A stretch of DNA of 64,000 nt, taken from Parcubacteria group bacterium Gr01-1014_38 (GTDB lineage Bacteria > Patescibacteriota > Andersenbacteria > UBA10190 > CAIZMI01). Positions 1 through 10,024 of the stretch are shown piece after piece. The translations under genes were made by a program, and so were the position numbers. Positions within the stretch are counted from its first letter, which is position 1. Each line of letters begins with the position of its first letter. The stretch is taken from NCBI GenBank assembly GCA_007376145.1, contig VMFP01000003.1, positions 92,741-156,740 of the forward strand, given 5' to 3'. Under the pieces are notes generated by a model. That model saw only the letters and a program-made list of their open reading frames with translations. It made no database searches and was not told the origin of the DNA.

Positions 1-134
1 TCACCCTCCAAAACGTCCCCGGAGTCACCATCTCCTGCATGCGGTTCCTCCTCAACGGAACCCCCCTCCCGTTCTCGCAGACGAGCACGCCCTTCCGGGT
101 ATCCCCCGGGTACCCGTATTCCCGCTGTCCATAA
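1..134 (+). CDS. 3' end of a hypothetical protein (truncated by window edge)
   Basis: Open frame from position 3 to TAA at 132-134 (…TLQNVPGVTISCMRFLLNGTPL…RCP*), directly upstream of the next + strand gene. Confidence 0.45.
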   Translation, partial: TLQNVPGVTISCMRFLLNGTPLPFSQTSTPFRVSPGYPYSRCP

Positions 135-146
135 CACTTACCCTCA

Positions 147-1103
147 ATGCGCTCCGCTCCCCCCTCTCCGATCCGCGACCTCCTCCGCGCCTCCCGGCTG
201 GAGGTTTCCGGGCCTGTGACCCATCGGACGGTCTCCCTCTTCGTCGTGTTCGTGGCGATGTTCGTCGTCTTCACGACCGTGGTGTTCGTCGAGTTCGCGA
301 CCGTCGCCCCCCGCTCGGAAGGTCAGGTCCCCCCCGACGTGAACCTCCAAGGGTCCTTTGATACCCAAGGAATCAGCGCAGGCACGTACACCTTCACGGC
401 CGAGGTCGAGACGAGTACGGGGCAGAGAGTCTCCCGCAATGTGCAGTTCACCGTCCAGGCCATTCCTCCCACTCCTCCTCCCAGTGGTGGTGGAGGAGAT
501 GGAGGAGGGACAGGTGGGGGAGGTGGCGGAGGAGGCGGAGGCGTGGGCGGTGAAGAGACCCATTCTCTCCCGCGCCGTCTCTTCCAGCGGCCGAGGGTCC
601 TCACCTTCCGCCCCAGCGGATCTCCCCTCACCCTCGACGCGACCAAGGACGTGGTTCTCCGGGGACGGGCCGCGTTCTCCTTTTCCTCCTTCCTCGATGG
701 GGGAACCCAAGTCGTCCTCCTCGCGCACGACCGGGTGGAGGCCCTCTATCGGAATACGATCGTCTGTCCCGCCGCCCAGTGCGTCCTGAAAGCGCGGGTG
801 AAGCACGACGCCCCCAAGCCCGTCCAGGCGCGCTTTGTCGTGGACGGGCGGACCCAAGGCATCGTGACCTGGGACCGAGGCGACAACACGTACGAGGAAA
901 AAATGGTGCCGGGAATCATCCCGCAGGGGCGGCACACGCTGGCCGTCCGCCTCGTCCGGGACATCTTCCGGTGCTCCCGCGCCCAGATCCGACGCGGGGA
1001 CACCGCCGCCTGTGACCGGAACCTGTACTTGAACCGGATCATCGTCGTTCCCACCCAGGGCGTGACGGTCCGACCGGCGGCGGAACCAAGGCGGACGCGG
1101 TAA
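147..1103 (+). CDS. Membrane-anchored/secreted protein with Gly-rich linker and C-terminal CBM60-like carbohydrate-binding domain
   Basis: N-terminal hydrophobic helix, Ig-like segment, PTPPPSGGGG linker, C-terminal DRNLYLNRI motif resembling the DRNLYVD motif of CBM60-like modules. Confidence 0.6.
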   Translation: MRSAPPSPIRDLLRASRLEVSGPVTHRTVSLFVVFVAMFVVFTTVVFVEFATVAPRSEGQVPPDVNLQGSFDTQGISAGTYTFTAEVETSTGQRVSRNVQFTVQAIPPTPPPSGGGGDGGGTGGGGGGGGGGVGGEETHSLPRRLFQRPRVLTFRPSGSPLTLDATKDVVLRGRAAFSFSSFLDGGTQVVLLAHDRVEALYRNTIVCPAAQCVLKARVKHDAPKPVQARFVVDGRTQGIVTWDRGDNTYEEKMVPGIIPQGRHTLAVRLVRDIFRCSRAQIRRGDTAACDRNLYLNRIIVVPTQGVTVRPAAEPRRTR

Positions 1104-1212
1104 AGGCGGCTCCCTTAAGTCAGGGGGGGAGAGTACAGCACTCTCTGGTGCCCCAAGTCGAAGCGCAGCGCGCGATCTCGACGCAGCCAGTCACAGCGTA
1201 TACTCTCATCCA

Positions 1213-1875
1213 ATGGTTGAACTACGCGCCCTCGTCGAACTCGTCGGGTACGCCGGAGTGGCCGTGATCGTCTTCGCTGAATCCGGTCTGCTCGTCGGCT
1301 TTTTTTTGCCCGGCGACAGCCTCCTCTTCACGGCGGGATTCCTCGCATCGCAGGAGATCTTTTCCCTCCCCACGCTTGCGTTCCTCTGCTTCATTGCTGC
1401 GGTCGCCGGGGATTCCGTCGGCTACGCCTTCGGTCACCGTATGGGTCGGAAGATCTTCACCAAGTCGGACTCGCTCTTCTTCCACCGTGAGAATCTCCTC
1501 CGCGCCGAGCGGTTCTACGCGAAGCATGGAGGGAAGACGATTGTCCTCGCGCGCTTCCTCCCCGTCGTCAGAACCTTCGCGCCTATCCTCGCCGGTGTTG
1601 GGTCGATGCGCTACTCGCGCTTCCTCACGTACAACGTCTTCGGGGGATTTCTCTGGGCGGTGGGACTCACGTTGCTTGGGTACTTCCTCGGCAGCGTCAT
1701 TCCCGATGTCGATCGCTACCTGCTTCCCATCGTCGTAAGCATCATCGTTCTCTCGGTCCTCCCCACCGCGTTCCACGTGCTGCGCCACCGGGAGGATCGC
1801 CGCCGCATTGCCCGCAGCGCGTGGCGATTTCTCCAGCGTGCATCTCCCCGCACGAGTCCCGACGGATCCCGGTGA
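1213..1875 (+). CDS. dedA: DedA/VTT family membrane protein
   Basis: FAESGLLVGFFLPGDSLLF, GDSVGY and ARFLPVVRTF motifs. Confidence 0.93.
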   Translation: MVELRALVELVGYAGVAVIVFAESGLLVGFFLPGDSLLFTAGFLASQEIFSLPTLAFLCFIAAVAGDSVGYAFGHRMGRKIFTKSDSLFFHRENLLRAERFYAKHGGKTIVLARFLPVVRTFAPILAGVGSMRYSRFLTYNVFGGFLWAVGLTLLGYFLGSVIPDVDRYLLPIVVSIIVLSVLPTAFHVLRHREDRRRIARSAWRFLQRASPRTSPDGSR

Positions 1876-1982
1876 CGCCGACGGCGCCAGCGCTTCCCCC
1901 ACTTGACAGTCCGGTTCTTTCTCCCCTCGCGTTCTGGTACCGTACGAACTGAAAGGAGGGCTTACTCTTCACCGGTTCTTAC

Positions 1983-2351
1983 ATGACGGCATACATCATC
2001 GTCGGAGCGATTGCGACCTGGGTTCTCGGGTGGCTCTGGTACCAGTACCTCTTCCCAAAAGTCCGGGAGGAATTTGGCGTCCCTCCCAGTACCAGAACGT
2101 TCGTGATTACTGCCGTGGCGCTCCTGGTGCTCTCTGCCGCGGTGGGCACGTTCATTAAGAACCGCTCTGTGGTCGACATGGCGGATACGCTCCGCCTCGG
2201 CTTTAAGATCTGGGTTGGTTTCTTGCTCCCCGTGCTCGTCACGTTCTGGGCCTCGACCCGACAATCCCTCAACATTCTGGTGGCCACCGCGGGGTACTGG
2301 CTCGTCGCGGCGCTCCTCCTCGCGATCCTCGCCGACTGGATGCTTCTCTAG
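1983..2351 (+). CDS. Small 4-TM membrane protein (DUF1761-like)
   Basis: GWLWY motif near N-terminus, four hydrophobic helices, C-terminal AGYWL. Confidence 0.65.
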   Translation: MTAYIIVGAIATWVLGWLWYQYLFPKVREEFGVPPSTRTFVITAVALLVLSAAVGTFIKNRSVVDMADTLRLGFKIWVGFLLPVLVTFWASTRQSLNILVATAGYWLVAALLLAILADWMLL

Positions 2352-2519
2352 TCTGGAAGAGAAAATCCCGCGCGGGTTTCCTCTTCCATGCATCTCCTTC
2401 CTAAGTATGGTGTTCGCAAGTTTTTGGGCCTTATAACCCAAACTTGCTCACTGGGGACGGATCCTGTTCTCGCGACTGGATGACGGTTCTCTGCGGTTCT
2501 TAGCGTACACTGTCCTGGT

Positions 2520-3017
2520 ATGCGGAAGGAGCTCGTACTGGTGAGCGGCGTGGTTGTGGGTTCGCTCACCTTGATCGTCGGATTGGCGTTTGTCGGCACG
2601 CGCCCGAAGAAGCCGATCGCAGACGTCTTGTCTGCCTGCGTGCAGCACGCGGGCGTCGGGATGCATATCCATCCCCAGCTCCAGATCGTCATTGATGGCA
2701 CAGAGAGAACCATTCCTTCCGATATCGGGATCTCTCCCGGCTGCATGCGGCCGGTGCACACGCACGACGATACGGGCCGGATTCATCTGGAGTTTCCAAG
2801 TCCGCAGGACGTCCGCTTGGGGCAGTTCTTCGCCGTCTGGGAGCAGCCCTTTTCCAAGACCCAGATTCTCGATCGCGCCGTCGGATCAGACGATCTCCTC
2901 CGGGTGACGGTGAACGGAGAGGAAACGTCGGAATTGGAGAATCTGCTTCTCCATGACGGCGATAGCCTTGTCATTGATATTCGGAAGAAGACTGCGGATG
3001 GGGGGAGCGAGAACTAA
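2520..3017 (+). CDS. Membrane-anchored His-motif hypothetical protein
   Basis: N-terminal TM helix; MHIHPQL and C-x-x-PVHTHD motifs. Confidence 0.75.
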   Translation: MRKELVLVSGVVVGSLTLIVGLAFVGTRPKKPIADVLSACVQHAGVGMHIHPQLQIVIDGTERTIPSDIGISPGCMRPVHTHDDTGRIHLEFPSPQDVRLGQFFAVWEQPFSKTQILDRAVGSDDLLRVTVNGEETSELENLLLHDGDSLVIDIRKKTADGGSEN

Positions 3018-3030
3018 AAAGGGGCACGTC

Positions 3031-3366
3031 ATGCCCTCCGCCGTGTTCTGGGTTGTGGTCAGTTGCAACAGTGCGGAGGAGGCGACGACGATTGGCGATC
3101 AGGCGCTCCAGGCCCGCCACGCGGCGTGCTTCGATGTCTTTCCGAAGCAGCGCACTCGCTACTTCTGGCCGCCGACGAAGGGCACGATCGAGGAGGGGAA
3201 TGGGGCGCTTCTGGTTTTGGAAACCCTCGAGGATCACCTTGCTCCGCTCACGGCCATGATCCGGGCGCACCACAGCGATGCGCTGCCGTTTATCGGTGCT
3301 TTGCGTCTCGAGCACGTCGATGAGCGGGTCCGAAACTGGATCGCCGGTGAGCTGGAAGCCCCTTAA
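3031..3366 (+). CDS. cutA: Divalent cation tolerance protein CutA
   Basis: EEA..IG..L...AAC…YFWP…HS..LPFI pattern of the CutA family; ATG at 3031. Confidence 0.8.
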   Translation: MPSAVFWVVVSCNSAEEATTIGDQALQARHAACFDVFPKQRTRYFWPPTKGTIEEGNGALLVLETLEDHLAPLTAMIRAHHSDALPFIGALRLEHVDERVRNWIAGELEAP

Positions 3367-3406
3367 GTTGAAGTCTTGGAGACCCGCGCCGTACGCTGCC
3401 CCTACC

Positions 3407-4315
3407 ATGAGAGTCAGGGGTCACCGCGGTACCGGCGCTTCTCCTTCCGGAGAACGGGGGAGGCAGCGCCGCGAGACGCACGAGACGGCGGCTTCGACGC
3501 TGTCGCTCTACCTTCGCGAAATCGGCGAACGAAAACTCCTCACGGCCGATGAGGAAAAAGAGCTGGCCGTCCGCCTGCGCCAGGGAGACGAGGAGGCCCG
3601 GCAGAAGCTCATTGAGGCCAACCTCCGCCTTGTTGTCCATGTCGCGAAACGGTATGCGCGTCGGGGTGATCCTGAACTTTTCCTCGATCTCATCCAGGAG
3701 GGGAATCTCGGACTCTTCCGGGCGGTGGAACGGTTTGATCCGACCATGGGGACGCGCTTCTCGACCTACGCGACCTACTGGATCCGCCAAGCGATCCAGC
3801 GTGCGCTCACCAAGAGCCGGACCATCCGCATCCCCGAACACGTCCTCGAAGATATCTCCCGGATGCGGAAGACGCGTCATCGTCTCACCCAAGAGCTCGG
3901 TCGGCAGCCCACGTTCGCAGAGCTCGCAGCCGAACTCGAACTCTCCGAAGGCGAACTCCTTAAACTCGAGGAAGCCGCCTTGGAAACCATCTCCCTCGAG
4001 AAGCCGATCCGGAGCGGCGAGGAAGGGGAGGAAGCGGAACTTGGCGCGGTGCTTGCCGACCTCGATTCGCCGCAGCCGGAATTCATCGCGAACCAGCGGA
4101 TTCTCCGACGCCAGGTACGGGAAATCGTGGACGAACTCCCGCCGCGGGATCGGACCATCGTGACCCTGCGCTTTGGGCTCACCACGGGTGTTCCCAAGAC
4201 GCTGGCGGAAGTCGCTAAGGATTTCGGGATCAGCCGCGAGCGCGTCCGACAGATTCAAGAGCGGGCGCTCGAGCGCATCCGCGCCAAAGAAACCTCGACG
4301 TCCCGCCTCCGGTAG
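3407..4315 (+). CDS. RNA polymerase sigma-70 factor (RpoD/RpoS-like)
   Basis: YLREIG, ANLRLVV, DLIQEGNLGL, FSTYATYWIRQAI, SRERVRQI motifs (regions 1.2-4.2). Confidence 0.95.
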   Translation: MRVRGHRGTGASPSGERGRQRRETHETAASTLSLYLREIGERKLLTADEEKELAVRLRQGDEEARQKLIEANLRLVVHVAKRYARRGDPELFLDLIQEGNLGLFRAVERFDPTMGTRFSTYATYWIRQAIQRALTKSRTIRIPEHVLEDISRMRKTRHRLTQELGRQPTFAELAAELELSEGELLKLEEAALETISLEKPIRSGEEGEEAELGAVLADLDSPQPEFIANQRILRRQVREIVDELPPRDRTIVTLRFGLTTGVPKTLAEVAKDFGISRERVRQIQERALERIRAKETSTSRLR

Positions 4316-4320
4316 GCGGC

Positions 4321-6933
4321 TTACGGCTGCTCTTGGAACCGCGGCGGCGGCACCCCAGGGAACGGCGGGGGGGTCGGTGACGTCACCGTAAAGTTGATTG
4401 CTCCGCAGTTATTGTCCTCCCGCGATTCCGCGACGCGATTTTCTGCGTCTGCACAGAAGGCGAAGCGATGCGAGCCTGGGGTCGCAATCCAGGGCAGCGT
4501 GAGTCCCACCGTCCCCCCCGCGGGGAGGGGCGGAGTGAGGCGCAGCCCCACGCGCTGCTCACCGATGAGGAATGCTGCGTCGGAGGCTCCAGCGGGGGCC
4601 AGGCTGCTGCGAACCGCCGCGGAGAGCGTGAGGGTTTGCCCGGAGACGAGGACTCCCGACACATTCAGGTTCTCGACCGTGAGGTCGGGTAGCACGGGGG
4701 CCGGTGGCGTCACCGTGATGGTTCTGCGGCAGATGTCCCCGAACCAGCGGATGCCCTCTTGCAGCATGGCCCAGTCAAACGGATACGAGCCTGCTACGAA
4801 GGGAGCCTGCAACGGTAAGGAGAACGAGACCGATTCTCCCGGATTCACGGGGGACCGGGGGAGCCCAGCCCGGCTGTGGACCCAACGGGTGTTGTCCCGC
4901 GGGTTTTCCGAACCGAGGCGGAAGGGGTTTGCACCGTCGGACGTCCAGGGAACGCCCCCAGTGTTCCGCATGGTTACTTGTGCCTGAAACTGCTCTCCAA
5001 CCGCGACACGTGTTGGAGAAGTCGAACCGACACAGGAAGCGTTACTCCGAGGCTCAAAACGAATCCAGAGGTTCCAGACATCTGTTCCCGATGGGGGACG
5101 ACGCGTTCTTCTTGCCTCCGTACTCTCCCAGACGTGTCCGACAAATTGGAGCGTGGTCTGCAAATGCGGGAATGATCCAAACGATACGGGCCCGGTGATG
5201 TTATTGATGGTGAAATAGCAGTGGTGACGTCCCGGAGGGCAACCGGGAGGAGCGTCATAATGCGCACTACTGATGAGGGTAGAATGTGGGAGAGGGAAGA
5301 GGCCGCTTAGGACCCCGTTTGATTCGTACAGAAGGTTCACCTCGGCAGCCGTGGGAGCGTTCTCGCAGGCAATAAAGGTCAGATCAAAGGTCACGGTAAG
5401 AGCGGTGCCATAGGTTCCGTTATGCCGCGGTTCGTTAATGAACAGGGCAATCAAGGCTGGCTGCGGGTGTTGAAGGACGTGAATGCCGTTCGCTGCTGCC
5501 GTTCGAGAACGGAGAATCAGTCCAGACGCCAGAAGGAGAAGTACGATGCAGAGCATCCGGGTTCTGGAAGGTGCGCGTCCGCGCATGATGCCCCACAGGA
5601 TGAAGGCGGCCAGTACGGCAACCAGCGCCAGCAGAATTCCCAGAATCACCGGTGAGTCAATGCCCGGAATGCGCTTGGGAGGGTGCGCAACGCTCTGGAG
5701 TTCCTCCGAAGAAAGATTGACGTTGTGTTCGTACTGATCAAGAACGTCTCCACGATCACTTAAGAGACGCACGCGAAAGCCGGGAGCAGCGATGTCCTTC
5801 GAGAGGGTGAAGGTCGTGTTGATGACGGTCGCGGCCGCGCCCAAGGGAAGCATCCGAGCTTCCTCGGCCACGACGCGCGATCCATCAAGAAGTTCCACAC
5901 GCGCGGTCACGTTCGCTTCGGTTTCTCGATCGGCCGGCCCCACGAGCGTTGTCGAGATAACGGCTTGTGACCCTCGTGCGGTAGCGATCCGGTCAAAGCT
6001 TGCGGTGACGACCTTGGCGGAAATGCCCTTCACCACAAAACGAAAGGCCGCCTGACCCGAGATACGTCTCTCCTCCTGATCCCGCAACGTCAAAACGGCG
6101 TGATAGGCATCGGGTACGGTGCCCGCGGTCACCGGTACTTCAACAACCACGGTCTCTTTTGACCTCACGGTGACGGGATCGAATGTCTGTTCGTCAACCT
6201 TTTGGCCGCTGATGTCCCAGCGGTACACTTCGCGATGCGGCCGCACGGATATGGCGGCACTCCCCACGTTCTCCGCCAACGCCTGGAGGGTGAAAGTACT
6301 GCCCCCTTCGACATTGGGACCTTCTTGAGGACCCGCGGTCTTCTTGTCCGGAAGAAGGATCGCGTTCGAGCGCAAGACGATGAAAGAGGCATTCGGAACG
6401 CCGAGATGCACTGTCGCATCGTGCCACCCGAGTTTTCGCCCCTGTGAGGTGACGACGCGGATACGGAGGCGATAGTCTCCCTTCGGCAGCAGGGGAGCCT
6501 GGTAGCGAAATGGGACCGTTTTCGTGCTTCCAGGAAGGAGCGTAAGGTTGAGTGGATCGATCACGCGGTCATACTGCGGAGCGGTATCCGCCTCGAGCTT
6601 CCCCGTCTCCACCTCGGGAGCGGGACCTAACACCTCAACCTGGTACTGGAGACCGCCCTGGACGTTCTGGTCGCGGTTCTCCACAGTGAACGTTCCTTGT
6701 ACCGCACCGTCCGTAGAGATCGACTCAACGTTGATCGCGGTTACAAACACGCTGGGGAGGCGGAGAAACCGACTCGCATCCGCTCCCGACGTCAACTGCT
6801 GAAGAACGGCAGGATCCAGTGTCGGTTGCGGAGGAGCGGGAGACGGAGCCTGCGCCTGCGCCGAGATCGACATGCCGAGGAGGATTCCCACGCCAAGGAC
6901 AGGCACCATGGCAAACCTCCGCATATCCCGCAT
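4321..6933 (-). CDS. Large surface protein with Ig-like repeats, internal TM pair, NBR1-Ig-like and CARDB domains
   Basis: Signal peptide, two central hydrophobic helices, VTMRNTG..W…RLGS.NP.DN..W domain, PDLTV…D.EN.V.ES.E.NN CARDB motif; start uncertain (6933 or 6954). Confidence 0.8.
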   Translation of the reverse strand: MRDMRRFAMVPVLGVGILLGMSISAQAQAPSPAPPQPTLDPAVLQQLTSGADASRFLRLPSVFVTAINVESISTDGAVQGTFTVENRDQNVQGGLQYQVEVLGPAPEVETGKLEADTAPQYDRVIDPLNLTLLPGSTKTVPFRYQAPLLPKGDYRLRIRVVTSQGRKLGWHDATVHLGVPNASFIVLRSNAILLPDKKTAGPQEGPNVEGGSTFTLQALAENVGSAAISVRPHREVYRWDISGQKVDEQTFDPVTVRSKETVVVEVPVTAGTVPDAYHAVLTLRDQEERRISGQAAFRFVVKGISAKVVTASFDRIATARGSQAVISTTLVGPADRETEANVTARVELLDGSRVVAEEARMLPLGAAATVINTTFTLSKDIAAPGFRVRLLSDRGDVLDQYEHNVNLSSEELQSVAHPPKRIPGIDSPVILGILLALVAVLAAFILWGIMRGRAPSRTRMLCIVLLLLASGLILRSRTAAANGIHVLQHPQPALIALFINEPRHNGTYGTALTVTFDLTFIACENAPTAAEVNLLYESNGVLSGLFPLPHSTLISSAHYDAPPGCPPGRHHCYFTINNITGPVSFGSFPHLQTTLQFVGHVWESTEARRTRRPPSGTDVWNLWIRFEPRSNASCVGSTSPTRVAVGEQFQAQVTMRNTGGVPWTSDGANPFRLGSENPRDNTRWVHSRAGLPRSPVNPGESVSFSLPLQAPFVAGSYPFDWAMLQEGIRWFGDICRRTITVTPPAPVLPDLTVENLNVSGVLVSGQTLTLSAAVRSSLAPAGASDAAFLIGEQRVGLRLTPPLPAGGTVGLTLPWIATPGSHRFAFCADAENRVAESREDNNCGAINFTVTSPTPPPFPGVPPPRFQEQP

Positions 6934-7248
6934 GGTTGTGCTCCTCTCAAGCATCTTTTTGTATTTCTATCATTCTTCCTTATGAGCATACCATGGGGCA
7001 GCGTTTCAGTGAGAATCAGCCCTGTGGGAAAGTCCTCCCCAGCATGCGAGGCTGACTCCTGGCTCCAGAACTTCCGGAGGCTCCTCGTGCGGCACCTGGG
7101 ACTTCTCGCTGTCTCTGATGGCTTCTTTTACGTACGGCTCGGCTGCGTGCTCCTGTGCGTGAGTACAATGCTGAAATAGGGCCTCTCGGAATTACAACGC
7201 TACGCCGCGCATGGCGCGGCGTAGGCTCTCTCGTGGAGAGAGTCAGGT

Positions 7249-7677
7249 TTACATCCAGCCAAGGAGCGTCTGAACGGTGACGCCGACGTTCACCGCGACG
7301 TTTTGGGCGCTTGGCCACCAGACCCACGGATTCCAGGTCGGCTGGGGCCGGGAGAACTGGAGCGACGCGTTCAGCTGTTGGTTCTGACCGAAATCCCCCG
7401 CTCCCATTCCTCGGAGCTGCTGTTCACCACTGACCCATGCCCGGAGATTGTCCGGTCCCGCGATGTCAATCATCCCCGACTGCTTCATGTCGACCTGGTG
7501 AGTCCAGGCCATCTGACTTTGGTTGACTGATGCGCTGACCGAACCACTGACTGCTGGCGTGACAAAGCACCAGCCGCCACATCCGGACGCGAATGCCGGG
7601 ACAGCCGGTAACGCTGCGATCGCAATGGCCGCAAGCGCTCTCGCCACGTTTTTGAGTGCGGTACGCATGAGAAGCAT
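7249..7677 (-). CDS. Secreted Gln/Ser-rich hypothetical protein
   Basis: AAAGGAGGTGA Shine-Dalgarno before ATG at 7677; signal peptide ending AFA. Confidence 0.7.
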   Translation of the reverse strand: MLLMRTALKNVARALAAIAIAALPAVPAFASGCGGWCFVTPAVSGSVSASVNQSQMAWTHQVDMKQSGMIDIAGPDNLRAWVSGEQQLRGMGAGDFGQNQQLNASLQFSRPQPTWNPWVWWPSAQNVAVNVGVTVQTLLGWM

Positions 7678-7967
7678 TTCACCTCCTTTCGCATGAACAT
7701 CGCGAGTTTCGCAGGCAACATTTTTGACGTACGTAACAATGAAGGTCTTAAAAAGCCCTCCACGTATCCACGACTCTCTGCCGCGTTCCCCCTTCCCGCA
7801 TCGTCTACAGTGTATGGTTCGCGTCGCAGGGCGACAAGAGGTTTTGGCGCTCTTCCCATTGGTTGCTGAAGTCTCGAGCGAGCACCGCGCTTCTGTACGG
7901 TGCCGGCTTCTTGCAGAAACCGGGCCAGGGAGATAGGCTGGCTTTAGTAACATCTTGGGGGATCTTC

Positions 7968-8243
7968 ATGCAGATACCAGTTCGCATGGCGGCGGGAGGG
8001 CTGCTCCTCGCAGGCGTAGCGTTGTTTTCCGGCTTTGCTCTTGGAACTCGCACGAGAAGGGAAGTGACCGCTGGTCCGTCGGCGACGTCATCGGCGTTGA
8101 TGACGCCATCAGTTCGATTCGTACGCACTGTTACACGAGCCAGCAGGCGTTTGGAGGCGTTCCAGCTCCCCACTCTTTTCCGCCACCTTGAGCGTTGGAG
8201 GGAACTCTCCCTTCATCTTCCTCTCCGTGACAGCGGTCATTGA
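7968..8243 (+). CDS. Small membrane-anchored hypothetical protein
   Basis: ORF with N-terminal hydrophobic helix filling an intergenic gap. Confidence 0.4.
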   Translation: MQIPVRMAAGGLLLAGVALFSGFALGTRTRREVTAGPSATSSALMTPSVRFVRTVTRASRRLEAFQLPTLFRHLERWRELSLHLPLRDSGH

Positions 8244-8336
8244 CGGGTCAGCCCCGTTTGTTGGTCCCGTCTCGCTTCCGCTCGTGCCGTGAAGACGCCC
8301 CACGGTCCGTGGGGAAGGCGCGGGCGCGCGGGCGCG

Positions 8337-9812
8337 TTAGGCGGATTTCTTGAAGAGGTATGCGCCGATTCCCGAGAGCATTCCTCCGAACGTCAGGAGG
8401 AGCGTCTTTGCATCCATGCCGGTCTCCACGCCGAGAGGAACCGCCCGAGGCGCCGAGACTGTTATCGCGCCTTTCACCCGGGGAGCACTGACCGTGGTCG
8501 TATCTGCCGCGCTTGCGGAAAAGCCGGGCGCAACCGCCTCTACGGCGTTGCGGATGATGAACCCATGTGGAGCTGCCGGATCCACCTGCGCGGAGAAGGT
8601 GAATCGCTTGATCGTGTGCGGCGGGATCGTCTTGGCGTCCCACACGATCGTCCGCGTCGCGGCGTCATCCGCTCCAGCCGGTGTGATGGAGTTTGGATCC
8701 GGCCGCAGGTGTTGAGGGACGCGGTCTACTATCCGAAGATTGGTTGCCGGTGCATCGCCATCATTTTTAAGAGTGATCCGGTAGGTGAGAAATTCTCCTG
8801 GGGCAACGGTGTCCCGCTGATCTGTTTTCACGATGGCGGTGAGGCGCGGCATGGATGTCGGTTCAACGGGTGCCGGGGTCGGGACGTTTACCACGGTGGT
8901 CTGTCCCTGAATGACCTGGACGAGGGTCAGGACGCCCGGAGTCGGAGATGGTGTCGCAGTGGACGTCGGTAAAGGCGTCGGCGTGAGCGAGGAGGTGGAA
9001 GTTGCCGCCACCACGGTGATTGCACTCTCACAGGGAGCACCAAAATGCTCGAGGAGTTCTTCCAGCATGCCCCACGCGAAGGAGTACGTCCCTGCCGTGC
9101 TCGGGGCGCGGGCCGTAAAGATAAACGAGGCAAGACCACCGGGCGCTACCTGGAAGACCGGAAGCTCAATACGCCTGACGCCCCACGTGAGGTTATCAGT
9201 CGGATTGCGGGATCCCAGTCGGTGCGGGCTGATGATGGGCGACGCGTGCCATGGCCGCGTTCCCGTGTTCTGAAGCGTCACGCGCGCCTGGAACTCTTGT
9301 CCGAGTTGTACCGTTCGGGGGACGTCCACCGACACGCACGATGCATTGTTCACGAGCGGTGGGCAGAACCCGCCGCGCGTCACGATGCGGCCAGCGAGGT
9401 GCGGTCCCGCAAATGGCCCATACGCGGCGTCAATCTGGTACGCGCAGGGGGGGATGTTTCCGGTAATAGTCTTCGTCTCTCCCGGTTGAATAAGGGTAGG
9501 TTCCTGGATGTCCACCGGAACCTGGGTGAGATAGAGAAGCGGCGGGTCGGGACGGAATACACGGTAGATCTCGAGTCGAATCGGCACAGCACATCCGGCC
9601 GAGTTCGTTACCGTCACTGCGGCGTCGGTCAGATTCAGGGTGATGGATCCATTCGCGATATCGCTCTGGACCTCCTCCAGAGAGCACGTCTCCGCGCCAT
9701 GGGCAACGGTTACGGAGAACATAGCCCAGGCGATTCCTCCGACCAGCAGCATCCCCAGCACGGCGGAGATAGATGTTCGTGCGGTGTTCGTGGTCTGCCA
9801 GCGTGAGAACAT
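8337..9812 (-). CDS. Putative sortase substrate: surface protein with NBR1-Ig-like and DUF11 domains and a C-terminal sorting signal
   Basis: Signal peptide, NBR1-Ig-like domain, Pro/Thr linker, DUF11-like PGE.LTY.I.L.N.G, C-terminal GVETG + hydrophobic helix + KK. Confidence 0.8.
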   Translation of the reverse strand: MFSRWQTTNTARTSISAVLGMLLVGGIAWAMFSVTVAHGAETCSLEEVQSDIANGSITLNLTDAAVTVTNSAGCAVPIRLEIYRVFRPDPPLLYLTQVPVDIQEPTLIQPGETKTITGNIPPCAYQIDAAYGPFAGPHLAGRIVTRGGFCPPLVNNASCVSVDVPRTVQLGQEFQARVTLQNTGTRPWHASPIISPHRLGSRNPTDNLTWGVRRIELPVFQVAPGGLASFIFTARAPSTAGTYSFAWGMLEELLEHFGAPCESAITVVAATSTSSLTPTPLPTSTATPSPTPGVLTLVQVIQGQTTVVNVPTPAPVEPTSMPRLTAIVKTDQRDTVAPGEFLTYRITLKNDGDAPATNLRIVDRVPQHLRPDPNSITPAGADDAATRTIVWDAKTIPPHTIKRFTFSAQVDPAAPHGFIIRNAVEAVAPGFSASAADTTTVSAPRVKGAITVSAPRAVPLGVETGMDAKTLLLTFGGMLSGIGAYLFKKSA

Positions 9813-10024
9813 GGGATTCGAGTTCCGAGGTTTAACGATGAAGGAAAGTTGACTTTCTCTCCTTTTTATGACGTTCCCTGTACCGGAAGTCAGAGGGTTG
9901 GAGAATGCGGTTTCATACCACCCCCCGCTGGAGGCTGTCAAGGTGAAGAGGGGTTCTTGCGGCCGGTCAGTCTGCTCCGGCCTTACTTGGAAGGGCGTGC
10001 TCTTTGGGCCAGCCCGAGAGGCGC

